A stretch of DNA of 64,000 nt from Octopus vulgaris (Eukaryota), in the NCBI GenBank assembly GCA_951406725.2, contig OX597833.1:40672001-40736000 (forward strand). The letters run 5' to 3'. Under the pieces are notes generated by a model. The model was not told the origin of the DNA and searched no databases. It saw nothing but the letters and a program-made list of their open reading frames with translations. Shown in pieces: positions 63,996 to 64,000 of the stretch. Each line of letters starts with the position of its first letter. Within the stretch, counting starts at the first letter, position 1. Position numbers and translations under genes: made by a program.

Positions 63996-64000
63996 TCTTA

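Overview
AT-rich, microsatellite- and transposon-dense eukaryotic DNA. The SINE and RTE repertoire points to a coleoid cephalopod, most likely Octopus (inference). The right half carries the last seven coding exons of a minus-strand MROH1/maestro HEAT-repeat gene (60784 to 35962), with consistent GT-AG phases and 292 aa visible. The left half carries an unrecognised plus-strand terminal exon (19278-19700) with a poly(A) signal, plus two candidate upstream exons in compatible phase. The rest is a decayed hAT transposon, R4/Dong-, Tx1-, RTE/BovB- and Penelope-like retroelement fragments, Tc1/pogo MITEs, Helitron/Helentron-type elements and several tRNA-derived SINE families. The most notable structures are: (i) a 59-bp exon-intron inverted repeat at 3336-3604 with A-C mismatches resembling an ADAR editing-complementary sequence; (ii) a head-to-head palindromic element combining a tRNA-type Pol III head with a Penelope-like hammerhead-motif tail (18002-18532); (iii) several families of minimal hammerhead-like motifs in TA-associated repeats and foldbacks. 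All family names come from recalled motif similarity, not from database searches, and TE boundaries are approximate.
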